Source of the DNA: Clostridia bacterium
GTDB lineage: Bacteria > Bacillota > Clostridia > UMGS1883
DNA: 64,000 nucleotides
NCBI GenBank assembly: GCA_017451505.1
Contig: JAFTOF010000010.1
Span: 10,172-74,171, forward strand
Direction of reading: 5' to 3'
In this document: in pieces, positions 28,981-38,167 of the stretch
Position numbering within the stretch: position 1 is the stretch's first letter
How the letters are laid out: every line of letters starts with the position of its first letter
Notes under the pieces: generated by a model
What the model was told of the DNA's origin: nothing
Database searches by the model: none
What the model saw: only the letters and a program-made list of their open reading frames with translations
Translations under genes and position numbers: made by a program

Positions 28981-29922
28981 TTACTGAATAGACAAATTAT
29001 ATTTTTCTTCAAAATTATCGGTAGTTATTACCTTGTTATCTTTCGTAATTATCAGTGCGTCCGTATCGGGAAATTCATTACACAAAGAAAGTGCATCTTC
29101 TCCTAAAATAAATATAGCTGTACTGAGTGCATCAGCGTGCATTGAGGAGGGGGAAACAACTGTTACGGAGGAAATGCCGCTTTGGGCACTATAGCCTGTC
29201 CTCGGGTCTATTATGTGGTGATACCTTTTTCCCTCATACTCAAAATACCGCTGATAAGCTCCGCTTGTAACCGCACTTTTATCCTTTAGCTTAATTGTGG
29301 CAAAAACCTCATCGGGGGAAGATGGATTTCGTATTCCCACCGTATATTCTCCTAAAACAAATACGTTTCCGCCAAGGTCGATTATTACATTGTCTACGCC
29401 TTTTTCCCTGAAACCCTCTGCCAGCTTGTCCGCAATATATCCTTTTGCCACTGCTCCCAAATCAAGCGTAGCTCCATTAAGAGAAAAAGGAGAAAGAGAA
29501 AGCTTTTCATAACCTACTGTATTTAATGCCGCTTTAACCTCTGCCTCCGTTGGCGGCTCCTTGCGGCTATTCACATTCCACAGTGCACACAGGGGGGCTA
29601 CGGTAATATCAAACGCCCCTTGAGTTTTTTCGGAAAAATCAAGAGAAAAATTAAGCACATTTTCCATATGGGGGGATAGAGTGCTTACCGATAAATTATT
29701 AATTTTGTAAAGCTCACTTTCAGGATTTGTGCGGCTGAATATAAGCTCATATTCATTACACATCCCAAGTGCCTTGTCGATATGCTCTTTGTCTTTTTTG
29801 TCAGCGGTTATACTTATAACCGTGTCAAAGGCAAAGCTTTGCTTTGTTATTCTTTCCTGTGTGCTTTCACAACCTGTAAAAAGGAGAAAAGCCGCCGATA
29901 ATAAAAGAAAGATTCTTTTCAT
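28981..29922 (-). CDS. apbE: FAD:protein FMN transferase (ApbE family lipoprotein)
   Basis: Lipobox LFTGC and ApbE-like motifs (FDTVISI, AFDITVAPL, DLGAVAKGY, IIDLGGN, AVTSGAYQRY, HHIIDPRTG). Confidence 0.85.
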   Translation of the reverse strand: MKRIFLLLSAAFLLFTGCESTQERITKQSFAFDTVISITADKKDKEHIDKALGMCNEYELIFSRTNPESELYKINNLSVSTLSPHMENVLNFSLDFSEKTQGAFDITVAPLCALWNVNSRKEPPTEAEVKAALNTVGYEKLSLSPFSLNGATLDLGAVAKGYIADKLAEGFREKGVDNVIIDLGGNVFVLGEYTVGIRNPSSPDEVFATIKLKDKSAVTSGAYQRYFEYEGKRYHHIIDPRTGYSAQSGISSVTVVSPSSMHADALSTAIFILGEDALSLCNEFPDTDALIITKDNKVITTDNFEEKYNLSIQ

Positions 29923-29933
29923 ATGATTGCACC

Positions 29934-30470
29934 TTAAAAATATATATACTCGTAAATTTTAACATACCTCTGGATTTTTCCGACGTGGCGTTTCGTTTCC
30001 CCGAAAGGAATATCCAAAAGGTTTTTTGAATCCTTGCTGTAATTTGAATCCTTAAGCCATCTGTCTACATTGGTTTCGCCTGCGTTGTATGCGGCGATGG
30101 CATTTTCCGTGTTTCCGTCGTACTTGTCAAGAAGATAGGAAAGATACCAGATTCCGCACTGTATATTGGCTTGTGTATTAAAAATATTTACATCGGAAAT
30201 CCCCAGCTTTTTCAGGCAGTATTCAAAGGTTTCATCCGTTATCTGCATTAAACCCTTTGCCCCTGCGTGACTTTGTGCGTTTTCCCTGAAATTGCTTTCC
30301 GCTTTTATCAGTGCATATACGAGCGGGGGCTTTACCCCGTATTCCTCAGCATATTTTAAAATTGTGCTTTCGTGTTTAATCGGGAATATTCCCCGAAAAA
30401 TCCATAGCGTAACGGCGATAACTATAATAACGAAGAAAAGTGTTGTGAAAAAGTTTTTACACTTGACCAT
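29934..30470 (-). CDS. lytic transglycosylase (SLT domain), membrane anchored
   Basis: N-terminal TM segment, the catalytic region AESNF, then GAKGLMQI and AYNAG. Confidence 0.8.
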   Translation of the reverse strand: MVKCKNFFTTLFFVIIVIAVTLWIFRGIFPIKHESTILKYAEEYGVKPPLVYALIKAESNFRENAQSHAGAKGLMQITDETFEYCLKKLGISDVNIFNTQANIQCGIWYLSYLLDKYDGNTENAIAAYNAGETNVDRWLKDSNYSKDSKNLLDIPFGETKRHVGKIQRYVKIYEYIYF

Positions 30471-31047
30471 TTATTTCTCCTAAAAATTTATTATAAAGAA
30501 GACGGATTTTTTCCCGGAGTACATCTTCTCCAAAATTATTTTCAATAATAATTGCTTCCTTGTCGTAATCCTTTTGCGAATTCATACGCTTCAGAGCATC
30601 TTCACGGTTTATATTATCACGGCTCATAATCCTTTCAAGCCGTGTTTTTTCATCTGCCTTAATTACTACTATATGCTTGCACAAAAGGTCGGCACCGCTT
30701 GACCTAAGCTCACTTCCATCCATAATGCATATATCCTTGCCGCTTTCCTTGCATAAAGACAAGCATCTTTCAACAATCGCCTTATGCACAACACCGTTTA
30801 ACAAAAGAAGCTTCTTTTCATCGGAAAAAACTATAGCTCCCAAGGCTTTTCGGTCTATGTTGTTTTCACTGTCTAGAATTGAATCGGAAAATAACTGACA
30901 AAGCTTTTTCTTTATTTCATTGTCAAAAAGAATTTCGTGTGCAACACTGTCACAGTCGGCAACAAATGCACCCAAATCCTCAAATATACGGGCGGCACAT
31001 GATTTTCCACTGCCTGTTCTGCCCGTAAGACCTATTAACATTTTCAT
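30457..31047 (-). CDS. coaE: dephospho-CoA kinase
   Basis: P-loop GLTGRTGSGKS at the N-terminus and CoaE-like length (196 aa). Confidence 0.85.
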   Translation of the reverse strand: MKMLIGLTGRTGSGKSCAARIFEDLGAFVADCDSVAHEILFDNEIKKKLCQLFSDSILDSENNIDRKALGAIVFSDEKKLLLLNGVVHKAIVERCLSLCKESGKDICIMDGSELRSSGADLLCKHIVVIKADEKTRLERIMSRDNINREDALKRMNSQKDYDKEAIIIENNFGEDVLREKIRLLYNKFLGEINGQV

Positions 31048-31071
31048 AGGAATTTCCCTTTCTGCCGTCCG

Positions 31072-33570
31072 TTATTTCGTTTCGTACCAGCTTTTTCCGA
31101 TTTTCACATCGGCACGAAGCGGCACACTGAGACTGACTGCATTTTCCATTTCTTCCTTTAATATTTCACTTACAAGCTGTGCTTTTTCCTCAGGCACTTC
31201 GCAGATAAGCTCATCATGCACCTGTAGAATAAGTCTTGCTTCGGGGCATTTTAGCCTGAGAGCATCGTATACCTTAACCATAGCAATTTTAATAATATCC
31301 GCCGCCGTTCCCTGAATGGGAGCATTCATCGCGGCACGCTCGCCGAATGAACGGAGATTAAAATTCTTTGCACTAAGTTCGGGAATGTATCTTCGTCTGC
31401 CGAAAACAGTGGTAACAAAGCCATCCTCTCTTGCTTTTTCAATGGTGGTTTCCATATAGCTTTTTACACCGCTGTAATGATTAAAGTAACTGTCGATGTA
31501 TTCCTTGGCTTCCTTACGGCTGATTTTAAGCTCCCCTGCAAGGGAAAATTCGCTCTGTCCGTAAATAATTCCGAAATTAACCGTCTTTGCACGGGAACGC
31601 ATATCGTCTGTCACAAGAAAATCAGGAACATTGAACACCTGTGTTGCCGTTATGGTATGAATATCATCATCATTTATAAATGCGTCCTGCATTACCTTAT
31701 CCTGTGCCATATGAGCAAGAACCCTAAGCTCAATTTGTGAGTAGTCGGCACCTACAAGAAGATGCCCCTCTTTTGCCACAAACATTTTGCGGATTTCCCT
31801 TCCTATTTCCGTTCGAACAGGGATATTCTGCAAATTAGGCTCTGCAGAGCTGATTCTGCCCGTTGCGGTAACGGTTTGTTTAAGGGTGGAACGGATTCTT
31901 CCTTCTTCATCAAGAAGCGGAAGAAAAGCATCGGCATAGGTGGACTTTAACTTTGCCAGATGACGGTATTCAATTATGAGGTCTATAATTTCGTGCTTTC
32001 CCCGAAGCTTTTCCAAAACGGAGGAATCCGTGGAATAACCTGTTTTGGTTTTCTTTATTACGGGCAGCCCCATATCCTCAAAGAGAAGCTTTCCAAGCTG
32101 CTTGGTGGAATTAATATTAATCTCACCGCCTGCCATAAAATATATTGCGTTTTCAAGGGCAGAGATTCTTTCTCCGAGCATTTTAGCGAATTTATAAAGC
32201 TCATCGCGGTCGATTTTAAAGCCTGAAACCTCCATATTATAAAGAACATCTTCAAGGGGAAGCTCTATGTCATTTAATAACGGAAGCTGACCTCTGTTTG
32301 AAATTTCCTCCGTCTGCTTATTTGCAAGGTCGGGGAGAGAAACTACGGAAATGGGCAAATCATAAAGGGCAAAAAGCTCATTTATATTATATTCGCTTCT
32401 TGAGGGGTCTATGATATACGCCGAAATCTCACTGTCATAGTATTCTCCCGAAAGGCTGATATCTTTTTCACTAAGAATATGACGCACTTTTTTATACTCG
32501 TGAGTGTATTTCTTTATTTTCCTGTTTTCAAGAACCGATTTGAGTGCCGTGATGTCTGCAGTATATGCCTTTTTATCTGTGCAGAATTCAATTTTTTCTT
32601 CATTTAATATAAAGTAAAATGAATTCTGCTTTGAGGCGTTTTCTATATCGGCCTGTGTTGCCTCTATGGGCTTTTCTGCTTCTTTTACCTCTTGAGCAGC
32701 GGGGGTGCAAAGCCTTTCGGCAATTTTGCGAAGCTCTAATTCTTCAAGCTTTTTTGAAAGAGCCACATTATCTGCTTCTTTATACAAAGCATCTTCAATT
32801 TTAAAATCAATGGGAACATTTTTGTCAATGGTGCAAAGCTTGTAGCACATATATGCATCGTCCTTGCCCGCAATGAGCTTTTCACGTGCCGCTTTTTTGA
32901 TGTAGTCGCTTTCAATATCGGCGTAAAGATTGTCCAGGGAATGGAAATGATTAAGAAGGTCAAAGGCTGTTTTTTCGCCTATTCCTTTTACGCCCGGAAT
33001 ATTGTCCGAGGAATCGCCCATCAGTGCCTTTACGGCAATAAATTCTTCGGGGGTGACGGCATACTTTTCAAAAACGGCGTCACTGTCCATCACTTCGGTT
33101 GTGGTCTGTCCCATTCGTGTGGTGGTAAGAAGCACATGGGTGTTCTTGCTTGCAAGCTGAAGGTCATCCTTATCTCCCGTTACGATATTGCATCTTAAAT
33201 TATTTTCATCGCAGATACGGCTTACCGTTCCGATAATATCATCCGCCTCGTAGCCCTCCAACGAAAGCTGAAGTATGTTCATAGCGGAAAGTACTTCCTT
33301 GAGGTGGGGCATCTGCTCGGCAAGGTCATCGGGCATACCCTTTCTCTGTGCCTTGTACGCATCGTACATTTTGTGGCGGAAAGTAGGAGCCTTAAGGTCA
33401 AATGCCACGCAAAGATAGTCAGGCTTATACTCGTCAATGTATTTAAGCATAATATTCATAAATCCGAATATAGCGTTGGTGGGAATACCTGTTTTGGTGG
33501 AAAGAGGGCGTACTCCGTAGTATGCACGGTTTATGATGCTGTTTCCGTCTATTATGATAAGGTTTTTCAT
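31072..33570 (-). CDS. polA: DNA polymerase I
   Basis: The 5' nuclease N-terminus (LIIIDGNSIINRAYYG), polymerase motif A (DYSQIELRVLAH) and motif B (RSRAKTVNFGIIYG) are all visible. Confidence 0.95.
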   Translation of the reverse strand: MKNLIIIDGNSIINRAYYGVRPLSTKTGIPTNAIFGFMNIMLKYIDEYKPDYLCVAFDLKAPTFRHKMYDAYKAQRKGMPDDLAEQMPHLKEVLSAMNILQLSLEGYEADDIIGTVSRICDENNLRCNIVTGDKDDLQLASKNTHVLLTTTRMGQTTTEVMDSDAVFEKYAVTPEEFIAVKALMGDSSDNIPGVKGIGEKTAFDLLNHFHSLDNLYADIESDYIKKAAREKLIAGKDDAYMCYKLCTIDKNVPIDFKIEDALYKEADNVALSKKLEELELRKIAERLCTPAAQEVKEAEKPIEATQADIENASKQNSFYFILNEEKIEFCTDKKAYTADITALKSVLENRKIKKYTHEYKKVRHILSEKDISLSGEYYDSEISAYIIDPSRSEYNINELFALYDLPISVVSLPDLANKQTEEISNRGQLPLLNDIELPLEDVLYNMEVSGFKIDRDELYKFAKMLGERISALENAIYFMAGGEININSTKQLGKLLFEDMGLPVIKKTKTGYSTDSSVLEKLRGKHEIIDLIIEYRHLAKLKSTYADAFLPLLDEEGRIRSTLKQTVTATGRISSAEPNLQNIPVRTEIGREIRKMFVAKEGHLLVGADYSQIELRVLAHMAQDKVMQDAFINDDDIHTITATQVFNVPDFLVTDDMRSRAKTVNFGIIYGQSEFSLAGELKISRKEAKEYIDSYFNHYSGVKSYMETTIEKAREDGFVTTVFGRRRYIPELSAKNFNLRSFGERAAMNAPIQGTAADIIKIAMVKVYDALRLKCPEARLILQVHDELICEVPEEKAQLVSEILKEEMENAVSLSVPLRADVKIGKSWYETK

Positions 33571-33782
33571 TTTCCTTCTCCTTGCAAAATCATTTCATTA
33601 TTATATATTATATCTAAAATTGGTAAAAAATCAAGGTAATAGTTATCTAAAAGAGGTTTTCTTACGCCCAATTTGAATAAATTTGAAAAAAATAAAAAAA
33701 ATACTTGCTTTTTTTGTTTTTATCTGTTAGAATATCCTATGCGTGTTATGAAATGAACTTATTCCTAAGGAGGGAAATAGAT

Positions 33783-33971
33783 ATGGCTAAATGTGATGTA
33801 TGCGGTAAGGGTGTTACTTTTGGTATCAAAGTAAGCCACTCTCACAGAAGATCAAATCGTGCTTGGAAGGCTAATGTTAAGACTGTAAAGGCAGTTGTTA
33901 ACGGTTCTCCCAAGACAATCCACGTTTGCTCCCGTTGCCTGAGAAGCGGAAAAGTTGTAAGAGCTATCTGA
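33783..33971 (+). CDS. rpmB: 50S ribosomal protein L28
   Basis: MAKCDVCGKG...SHSHRRSNRAWKANV; 62 aa. AAGGAGGG lies upstream of the ATG at 33783. Confidence 0.95.
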   Translation: MAKCDVCGKGVTFGIKVSHSHRRSNRAWKANVKTVKAVVNGSPKTIHVCSRCLRSGKVVRAI

Positions 33972-34000
33972 TTTCTCTCGTAATTAATTTGGAACAAACT

Positions 34001-34029
34001 AAGGCAGTACGCACAGCGTACTGCCTTTT
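34001..34029 (+). terminator. intrinsic terminator of rpmB
   Basis: 12-bp stem AAGGCAGTACGC / GCGTACTGCCTT with a 3-nt loop, followed by TTTT. Confidence 0.75.
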
Positions 34030-34120
34030 CGACTTTCGGAAAAGCTGAAAAGCAGCACAGACCGCAAAACACAAAGAATATTTTTTAAGTGGCTCAATAC
34101 TAAAAATAAATAAAAAAAGC

Positions 34121-34149
34121 TTGACAACCGCCCAAACCCATTATATAAT
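34121..34149 (+). promoter_or_regulatory. sigma-A promoter of the rpsF-ssb-rpsR operon
   Basis: Consensus TTGACA (34121-34126), a 17-nt spacer, then TATAAT (34144-34149). Confidence 0.7.
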
Positions 34150-34151
34150 AA

Positions 34152-34224
34152 CATGGCATTTTGATGAAATGCTATCCTTGCTCCGAATTTGTTCGGGGCC
34201 AAAGACCAGAAGGAGGTGTAGAAA
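34152..34224 (+). promoter_or_regulatory. possible rpsF 5' leader (candidate S6:S18 autoregulatory element)
   Basis: The leader between the promoter and the rpsF ATG contains two short hairpins (GCATT..AATGC and CCGAA-TTTG-TTCGG). Assignment to the rpsF-leader family is by position and from memory only. Confidence 0.35.
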
Positions 34225-34521
34225 ATGGCTGAAATTATCAACAAGTATGAGACCATTTTTGTTCTTGACACTGCGCTTGAGGAGGAGAAGATTAATGCTC
34301 TTTCCGAAAAGTTCCAGAAGCTCATCGCTGATAACGGAACAGTTGAAAGCGTAGACGTATGGGGTAAGAGAAAGCTTGCTTATCCTATCGACTTCAAGAC
34401 AGAAGGTTACTACGTTCTTGTGAACTTCGCATCAAATCCCGAATTCCCCAAGGAACTTGAGAGAATTTACGGAATCACCGACGGTGTAATGCGTACGATC
34501 ACAATCCGCAAGGAAGCGTAA
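34225..34521 (+). CDS. rpsF: 30S ribosomal protein S6
   Basis: 98 aa; YETIFVLD...VWGKRKLAYPI is the canonical S6 pattern. Confidence 0.95.
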   Translation: MAEIINKYETIFVLDTALEEEKINALSEKFQKLIADNGTVESVDVWGKRKLAYPIDFKTEGYYVLVNFASNPEFPKELERIYGITDGVMRTITIRKEA

Positions 34522-34535
34522 AGGGAGGTAGAAAT

Positions 34536-34964
34536 ATGCTTAACAAGGTTATTTTGATGGGCAGATTTACTCGCGACCCCGAGCTTCGCAGCACCCCGCA
34601 GGGAGTAAGCACTTGTGCTTTTTCTATTGCGGTAGACCGTAACTTTGTCCGTCAGGGCGAAGAACGTAAGGCAGATTTCATCAACTGCGTTGCGTGGAGA
34701 CAGACTGCGGAGTTTATTTCCAAATACTTCAAAAAAGGCAACATGGTTGCTCTTGAAGGAAGTATTCAGACTCGCTCCTGGGATGATCAGGACGGTAAGA
34801 AGCGTTACGCTACAGAAGTTATCGTAAGTCAGGTGTATTTCGCTGAAAGCAAGCGTGAGTCACAAGGCTACAGCACTGAAGAATCATTCTCACAGGCTAA
34901 TGACTTCGGTTCGCTTCCCGAACCTATTTCTCCTATGGGCACTGATGATGATTTACCATTCTAA
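34536..34964 (+). CDS. ssb: single-stranded DNA-binding protein
   Basis: OB-fold N-terminus [18 protein letters not shown] and the acidic C-terminal tip DDDLPF. Confidence 0.95.
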   Translation: MLNKVILMGRFTRDPELRSTPQGVSTCAFSIAVDRNFVRQGEERKADFINCVAWRQTAEFISKYFKKGNMVALEGSIQTRSWDDQDGKKRYATEVIVSQVYFAESKRESQGYSTEESFSQANDFGSLPEPISPMGTDDDLPF

Positions 34965-34978
34965 AGGAGGTTTTAGCC

Positions 34979-35230
34979 ATGATGGAAAAGGAAAAGACTG
35001 AAAGACCTTTCAGAGCAAGAAAAGCAAAGAAAAAAGTTTGCCAGTTCTGCGTTGATAAGGTAACAGATATTGACTACAAAGACGTTGCAAAGCTTCGTCG
35101 TTACGTTTCAGAGAGAGCAAAGATTCTTCCCAGAAGAATCACAGGCACATGTGCTAAGCATCAGCGTCAGCTGACAATCGCTATTAAGCGTGCTCGTCAC
35201 ATTGCACTTCTTCCTTTCTCTGCTGAGTAA
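34979..35230 (+). CDS. rpsR: 30S ribosomal protein S18
   Basis: KVCQFC...[26 protein letters not shown] is the canonical S18 pattern. Confidence 0.95.
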   Translation: MMEKEKTERPFRARKAKKKVCQFCVDKVTDIDYKDVAKLRRYVSERAKILPRRITGTCAKHQRQLTIAIKRARHIALLPFSAE

Positions 35231-35503
35231 GTGCAGTAAGACTCGAACCCCTATTGGTTTTAACAGGGCAATTTTTCCTAAAACTGTGTCAAACCCCTTG
35301 ATAATACGGAAGTATTACCTGCGTGTTTTTCCTTGTTTTATAAAAAATTGCCACTGTTAGAACTGCTCGCATCTCAAACGGATTATTTTTAGGAGAATTT
35401 TAATGCGAAGGTCGCAGATGGGCTGTCGCCCTTCAAGACCGACAAATTGAAAGGCTTCAAAAATAATTCGTTTGAGACAACAGGTGTTCGAGTATTACTG
35501 CAC
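35231..35503 (+). ncRNA. 273-nt highly structured intergenic element (E1): a terminal stem enclosing two ~105-nt hairpins. It may be an unassigned structured RNA or a MITE-like repeat; the strand is uncertain
   Basis: The terminal stem (35231-35248 with 35486-35503) has 17 Watson-Crick pairs out of 18. The first hairpin arms (35258-35276 and 35343-35362) pair with one bulge. That hairpin is extended by TAAAAC/GTTTTA and capped by TAATAC-GGAA-GTATTA (35302-35317). The second hairpin arms (35372-35390 and 35459-35477) form 19 bp, including one G-U. Confidence 0.5.
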
Positions 35504-35518
35504 TAAGGCATATGAGAT

Positions 35519-35558
35519 ACCCTTTCGGAATAAAGATATTCCGAAAGGGTGTTTTTTT
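35519..35558 (+). terminator. intrinsic terminator downstream of E1; its U-tract abuts the next start codon
   Basis: 12-bp stem ACCCTTTCGGAA / TTCCGAAAGGGT with an 8-nt loop, then GTTTTTTT running directly into the ATG at 35559. Confidence 0.75.
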
Positions 35559-35951
35559 ATGAAAGAATATATGAGGCTTGTTTTTTTTGCTATGCTTTTA
35601 TGTGTAATATCATTCCCCTCGGAGAAAGCCACAGAGAATATAGGCGTGTTTTCACGCACCGTAAAGGAAATGGGATATGATGACGTGTCCGAAACTCCTT
35701 ATGAGGTGGCGGAATTTACCATACCCACAGAATTTAATGAGGTATATATCCGCTATAATGAATTGCTGAAAACTGCAGGCTATGACCTTTCACCATACAA
35801 GGGGAAGTCGTGTAAAAGATACACCTATCTTATTCCGTCTAAAAACGCTCGTGCTAACATAATTGTGTATGACGGAGAAATAATAGGCGGTGATATTTCA
35901 AGCATAACTCTTGACGGAATTATGATTCCTATTGAAAAAACGATTGGTTGA
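35559..35951 (+). CDS. small secreted/membrane-anchored protein (DUF4830-like, recalled from memory)
   Basis: Begins MKEYMRLVFFAMLLCVISF, which looks like a signal or anchor sequence; 130 aa. The longer track ORF (35472) would start inside E1. The start is uncertain; 35571 is also possible. Confidence 0.55.
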   Translation: MKEYMRLVFFAMLLCVISFPSEKATENIGVFSRTVKEMGYDDVSETPYEVAEFTIPTEFNEVYIRYNELLKTAGYDLSPYKGKSCKRYTYLIPSKNARANIIVYDGEIIGGDISSITLDGIMIPIEKTIG

Positions 35952-35992
35952 TGATATAATGAGATAAATGGCTGAAGAAAAGAGGAAGAACC

Positions 35993-36700
35993 ATGCGTCT
36001 TGATAAATTTGTGTCCGATGCGGCTGCTCTTACAAGGAGCGAATCAAGGAAAGCAATAAAAAGCAACAGGGTAACCGTTGATGGGACAGTTGCGAAGGAT
36101 GTTGCCATGCATATTCCCGAAAACGCATCTGTTTTTCTTGACGGCGAAGAAATATTTTATAAGAAGTTTGTCTATATCATGCTTAATAAGCCTCAAGGCT
36201 ATGTAAGTGCGACAGAGGATAAAAAGCAAAAAACCGTGCTTGAACTTCTTGATCCGTCTTACGCAAGGTATCAGCTTTTCCCCGTAGGAAGACTGGACAT
36301 TGATACTGAGGGATTCCTTCTTCTCACAAATGACGGGGAGACAGCTCACAATCTTCTTTCTCCTAATAAAAATTTCGGGAAGACATATTTCCTGCGGCTT
36401 GAAAAGGATATAAGCGACGAAGAAATGAATTTGCTTGAAAAAGGTGTAGACATAGGAGATTGTGTTACTAAAGAAGCAAAAGCAAAAAGAATAAGCTCAA
36501 ACGAAATAGAGCTTACGATAACCGAAGGAAAGTTTCATCAAATCAAGAGAATGGCAAAGGCTGTAGGGAATAATGTGGTGTATCTTAAACGCCTTTCATA
36601 CGGAGAGCTTTATCTTGATAAAAAGCTTGAAATCGGTGAATACAGGCCTCTTAGTGACAAGGAAACCCAATACCTATACAATGTTCACAAAAAAAAATAG
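35993..36700 (+). CDS. pseudouridine synthase (RsuA/RluB family, S4 domain)
   Basis: S4-like N-terminus MRLDKFVSDAAALTRSESRKAIKSNRVTVDG and the catalytic region GRLDIDTEGFLLLTNDG. Confidence 0.9.
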   Translation: MRLDKFVSDAAALTRSESRKAIKSNRVTVDGTVAKDVAMHIPENASVFLDGEEIFYKKFVYIMLNKPQGYVSATEDKKQKTVLELLDPSYARYQLFPVGRLDIDTEGFLLLTNDGETAHNLLSPNKNFGKTYFLRLEKDISDEEMNLLEKGVDIGDCVTKEAKAKRISSNEIELTITEGKFHQIKRMAKAVGNNVVYLKRLSYGELYLDKKLEIGEYRPLSDKETQYLYNVHKKK

Positions 36701-36802
36701 TAAATTTGTGAAATCGTAGTATATGAAAAAGGATGAATTTGTGTTAAAATGTAAGCAGTGTAAATTTGGTACATGTGTATATTTATTTAGGAGGTCAGTT
36801 AA

Positions 36803-37909
36803 ATGGCAGATTTACAATTAAAACATATTTATAAGAAATACAGCGGCGGTGTTGTAGCTGTATCCGACTTCACTCTTGACATTGAGGATAAGGAATTCGT
36901 TATCCTTGTTGGCCCTTCAGGTTGTGGTAAGTCTACAACTCTCAGAATGATCGCAGGTCTTGAAGAAATCAGCGAGGGTGAGCTTTACATCGGCGGCAAG
37001 CTTATGAATGACGTCGCTCCCAAGGATAGAGATATCGCAATGGTTTTCCAGAACTACGCTCTTTATCCCCATATGACAGTTTACGAGAACATGGCATTCG
37101 GTCTTAAACTCAGAAAGACTCCCAAGGAAGAAATTCAGAGAAGAGTTCAGGAAGCTGCTCGTATTCTTGATATCGAACATCTCCTTGAAAGAAAGCCCAA
37201 GGCTCTTTCAGGTGGTCAGCGTCAGCGTGTTGCTCTCGGTCGTGCAATCGTTCGTGAACCCCTCGTATTCCTTATGGACGAACCCCTTTCAAACCTTGAT
37301 GCTAAGCTTCGTGTTCAGATGAGATCTGAAATTTCAAAGCTTCATCACAGACTTCAGACAACATTCATCTACGTTACTCATGACCAGACAGAGGCTCTTA
37401 CAATGGGTACAAGAATCGTTGTTATGAAGGACGGTTTCGTTCAGCAGGTTGATTCTCCTCAGGTTCTTTACAACTTCCCCGTAAATATGTTCGTTGCAGG
37501 CTTCATCGGTTCACCCCAGATGAACTTCTGTGATGCTGAAATTGTAGAAAAGGGCAGCGACCTTTATGTTAAGTTCGGTTCCAACGAAGTTAAGCTTACT
37601 GCTGAAAAGGCAGAAAAGGCTAAGGCTTATGTAGGAAAGACAGTTGTTATGGGTATCCGTCCTGAAGACCTTTATGATGATGCAGATTCTATCGAGAAGT
37701 TCTCCGATGCAATCATCAGTGCAGAAGTAGAAGTAACAGAAATGATGGGTGCTGAAACCTACCTTTACGTAGTAGTTGACGGCATCAGCCTCATTGCTCG
37801 TGTTAAGTCTGACAGCACAGCAAAGGTTGGAGACTCTGTTCGTGTTGCTCTTGATTCATCTAAGATTCATCTCTTCGACAAGGAAACAGAAAAGACAATC
37901 ACAAACTAA
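36803..37909 (+). CDS. sugar ABC transporter ATP-binding protein (MalK/MsmK/MsmX/UgpC type), stand-alone
   Basis: Walker A GPSGCGKST, signature LSGGQRQR, Walker B FLMDEPLSNLD, and a C-terminal MalK-type regulatory/TOBE-like domain. No transporter partner genes are adjacent. Confidence 0.9.
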   Translation: MADLQLKHIYKKYSGGVVAVSDFTLDIEDKEFVILVGPSGCGKSTTLRMIAGLEEISEGELYIGGKLMNDVAPKDRDIAMVFQNYALYPHMTVYENMAFGLKLRKTPKEEIQRRVQEAARILDIEHLLERKPKALSGGQRQRVALGRAIVREPLVFLMDEPLSNLDAKLRVQMRSEISKLHHRLQTTFIYVTHDQTEALTMGTRIVVMKDGFVQQVDSPQVLYNFPVNMFVAGFIGSPQMNFCDAEIVEKGSDLYVKFGSNEVKLTAEKAEKAKAYVGKTVVMGIRPEDLYDDADSIEKFSDAIISAEVEVTEMMGAETYLYVVVDGISLIARVKSDSTAKVGDSVRVALDSSKIHLFDKETEKTITN

Positions 37910-37923
37910 TTTTAGTAAAAAAC

Positions 37924-37963
37924 AAAAATGCAAAGAAGCCTTTTGCTTCTTTGCATTTTTTTT
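37924..37963 (+). terminator. intrinsic terminator
   Basis: 12-bp stem ATGCAAAGAAGC / GCTTCTTTGCAT followed by T8. Confidence 0.8.
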
Positions 37964-38011
37964 ATTGTCTGAGAAATACTAACCAAAAATATTTTGAAAG
38001 GTTGGTTAGTA

Positions 38012-38167
38012 ATGAATGAAAATACACCCAATGACAGTATACTTCTTCCCGAAGGAATAGTGGAAGATGATCCTAATGTGTTATGGCTCACCAGAGCATA
38101 TTCTGATATAGTTACAGGAGAGCTTTTAAGAGAGGAAAAAGAGAAAAAAGGGAGGCAACGTCAATGA
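38012..38167 (+). CDS. hypothetical 51-aa ORF, apparently translationally coupled to gpr (not in the ORF track because it is under 60 aa)
   Basis: ATG at 38012. Translation: MNENTPNDSILLPEGIVEDDPNVLWLTRAYSDIVTGELLREEKEKKGRQRQ. Its TGA overlaps the gpr ATG as ATGA. A weak SD (GAAAGG) lies in the loop of a 9-bp inverted repeat (37978-37986 / 38002-38010). Confidence 0.3.
   Translation: MNENTPNDSILLPEGIVEDDPNVLWLTRAYSDIVTGELLREEKEKKGRQRQ

Noticed and set aside
35231-35260. tRNA-like GTTCGAGT / ACTCGAAC strings at the ends of E1
   Set aside because: No T-stem complementarity, acceptor stem or anticodon arm can be built around them. They are the two arms of the terminal inverted repeat.
36702-36780. 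Three AAATTTG[TG]G repeats and a cre-like half site (TGAAATCG) upstream of the MsmK-type ATPase gene
   Set aside because: Only the left half of the cre consensus matches. The repeats are short and AT-rich, and are compatible with chance.
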